Part shown: positions 16,976 to 18,189 of the stretch, in pieces
Layout of the letters: each line of letters begins with the position of its first letter
Numbering within the stretch: position 1 is the first letter of the stretch
Origin: Pseudomonadota bacterium
Lineage (GTDB): Bacteria > Bdellovibrionota > FAC87 > UBA2466
Direction of reading: 5' to 3'
Length of the DNA stretch: 18,189 nt
Assembly: GCA_043718025.1 (NCBI GenBank)
Contig: JAYSWN010000217.1
Coordinates: forward strand, 1-18,189
Notes under the pieces: generated by a model
The model's database searches: none
Told to the model about the DNA's origin: nothing
What the model saw: only the letters and a program-made list of their open reading frames with translations
Made by a program: the position numbers and the translations under genes

Positions 16976-17848
16976 TTACCGTTTGACCGTCAGTGAAACG
17001 CCCAAGATCACGATAAGGCCGCCGACAACATCAAAAAAAAGCACCTCTTCGTGCAGTACAACAAATGAGCAGATCACTCCGAAAACCGGAATTGAATTCA
17101 ACATTCCGACGGCGGTTGCGGAGTCCAGCTTTCGCAGTCCATAGGTGTAGAGCAGAAGCGCTATCACCGAGCAAAATAGACCGAGGTACAAAACACTGAT
17201 TGCGGCGGGGAGAGTGACCAAACTCCAGTGCTGCGTTTCAAACAGCGCTAGGGGATACAGAGCCAGGGTCCCAACCAGCGTTTGAAAAAAGTTTGTGGTC
17301 ATTAGCGGGTATTTGCTCACCACGGTTCGGGTAGTGAAGTTGTAAAATGTCCAACTCACCCCCGATAACAGAAAAAGAAGATCGCCCTTTAAACGATCGG
17401 CACCAAAGTAACTGAGGTCGCCGCCGATAATCACGCAAATTCCGATAATGCCGAGGCCGGCCCCCACGAGTCTGAGCCCAGATACCGGCAAACGGTAGAT
17501 CAGCGCTTCTAGAAGAATGGTGATCACCGGACAAGCGCCGACGAGCAGAGCGGCGTCGGCAGAGGATGCCAACTGAAGCCCCTTATTTTCAAGCGCGAAG
17601 TAGAGGGTGATTCCAAATATTCCGCCGGCGCCGAGGCGTAGAAAATCTGGCCAAGTTGGTCTAACAAACTCTCTCTTGAGTAAGACAACTAGACCAATAA
17701 GTATCGTCGCAACGGTTAAGCGGACGGCCGCCAGCGTCAGCGGGGGAAAGGCAACCAGCGCGATTTTAGACGCGACAAACGAAGTACTCCAGATAAAGGC
17801 TGCTCCGAGTACGGCGCAAAGGGCTTGGGCATGTGACGGGTTTTTCAT
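16976..17848 (-). CDS. DMT/EamA family transporter
   Basis: About ten TM helices in two EamA repeats: IWSTSFVASK, PPLTLAAVR, GDLL.LLS..SW..Y, P.FGV...V.LHE. Confidence 0.93.
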   Translation of the reverse strand: MKNPSHAQALCAVLGAAFIWSTSFVASKIALVAFPPLTLAAVRLTVATILIGLVVLLKREFVRPTWPDFLRLGAGGIFGITLYFALENKGLQLASSADAALLVGACPVITILLEALIYRLPVSGLRLVGAGLGIIGICVIIGGDLSYFGADRLKGDLLFLLSGVSWTFYNFTTRTVVSKYPLMTTNFFQTLVGTLALYPLALFETQHWSLVTLPAAISVLYLGLFCSVIALLLYTYGLRKLDSATAVGMLNSIPVFGVICSFVVLHEEVLFFDVVGGLIVILGVSLTVKR

Positions 17849-17947
17849 GCGCGGCGACAGTACCCGCTTTCTGTAGATACCGATAGAATGGCATTATTCC
17901 GCTTAACTTAGTTGGATTGTCCGCTCCATATCTGTTACACGGGCGGC

Positions 17948-18189
17948 ATGCGTCGCTACCGCCTTTTGGCCGTTTGCCTAATCGCCAGTTTCACTTCGGG
18001 CGCCGGCCTGGCGAAAGACTACCCGCTCTTTTTGAAAGTTTATGATTTTTCAGTGTTTAATCGTTGGGATGCGGTTCAGGTCACGACCCTAAAAATCGAG
18101 CGGGGAAGCCCTTTTTACGTTGATCCTTCGGGGGGGATTCAACCCCATTTGAGTTTTCGCGCGGTCAACCAGACCATTCATTCCGAGTG
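17948..18189 (+). CDS. Hypothetical exported protein, 5' part (runs off the window)
   Basis: Open frame MRRYRLLAVCLIASFTSGAGLAKDYPLFLKVYDF... to the window end, with a signal-peptide-like start. Not in the supplied ORF track because it has no stop in the window. Confidence 0.6.
   Translation, partial: MRRYRLLAVCLIASFTSGAGLAKDYPLFLKVYDFSVFNRWDAVQVTTLKIERGSPFYVDPSGGIQPHLSFRAVNQTIHSE

Noticed and set aside
17889..17903. TGGCATTATTCCGCT as a sigma54 promoter
   Set aside because: Spacing is 9 and the -12 box is poor.
1..18189. CRISPR array, tRNA, rRNA, transposase or integrase
   Set aside because: No regularly spaced direct repeats, cloverleaf patterns or recombinase motifs were seen by eye.

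Overview
Bacterial window; gene content and style suggest a Bdellovibrionota/Oligoflexia-like organism (inference only). The left third (1-7800) looks like a sigma54 regulatory island. It holds an NtrC-family enhancer-binding protein (bEBP) divergent from two soluble histidine kinases with FixL-like PAS domains, plus a small cytochrome c, a minimal KcsA-type K+ channel and a large mono-heme helical periplasmic protein. Up to five -24/-12 promoter candidates and a recurring tandem palindrome (G[AG]GAC-N5-GTC[TC]C, 19-20 bp period) are readable in its intergenic DNA. At the left edge an HNH fragment sits beside a 171-bp nested-palindrome MITE-like element. The middle has a PLP-enzyme gene relic, a Cys-rich outer-membrane beta-barrel and a ydbH-ynbE-ydbL operon. 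The right part has an envelope-modification cluster (B12 radical SAM + GT2 converging on formyltransferase + ArnT-like GT-C), a secreted hypothetical protein, an EamA/DMT transporter and a partial secreted ORF. All calls come from motif recognition by eye; no searches were run.
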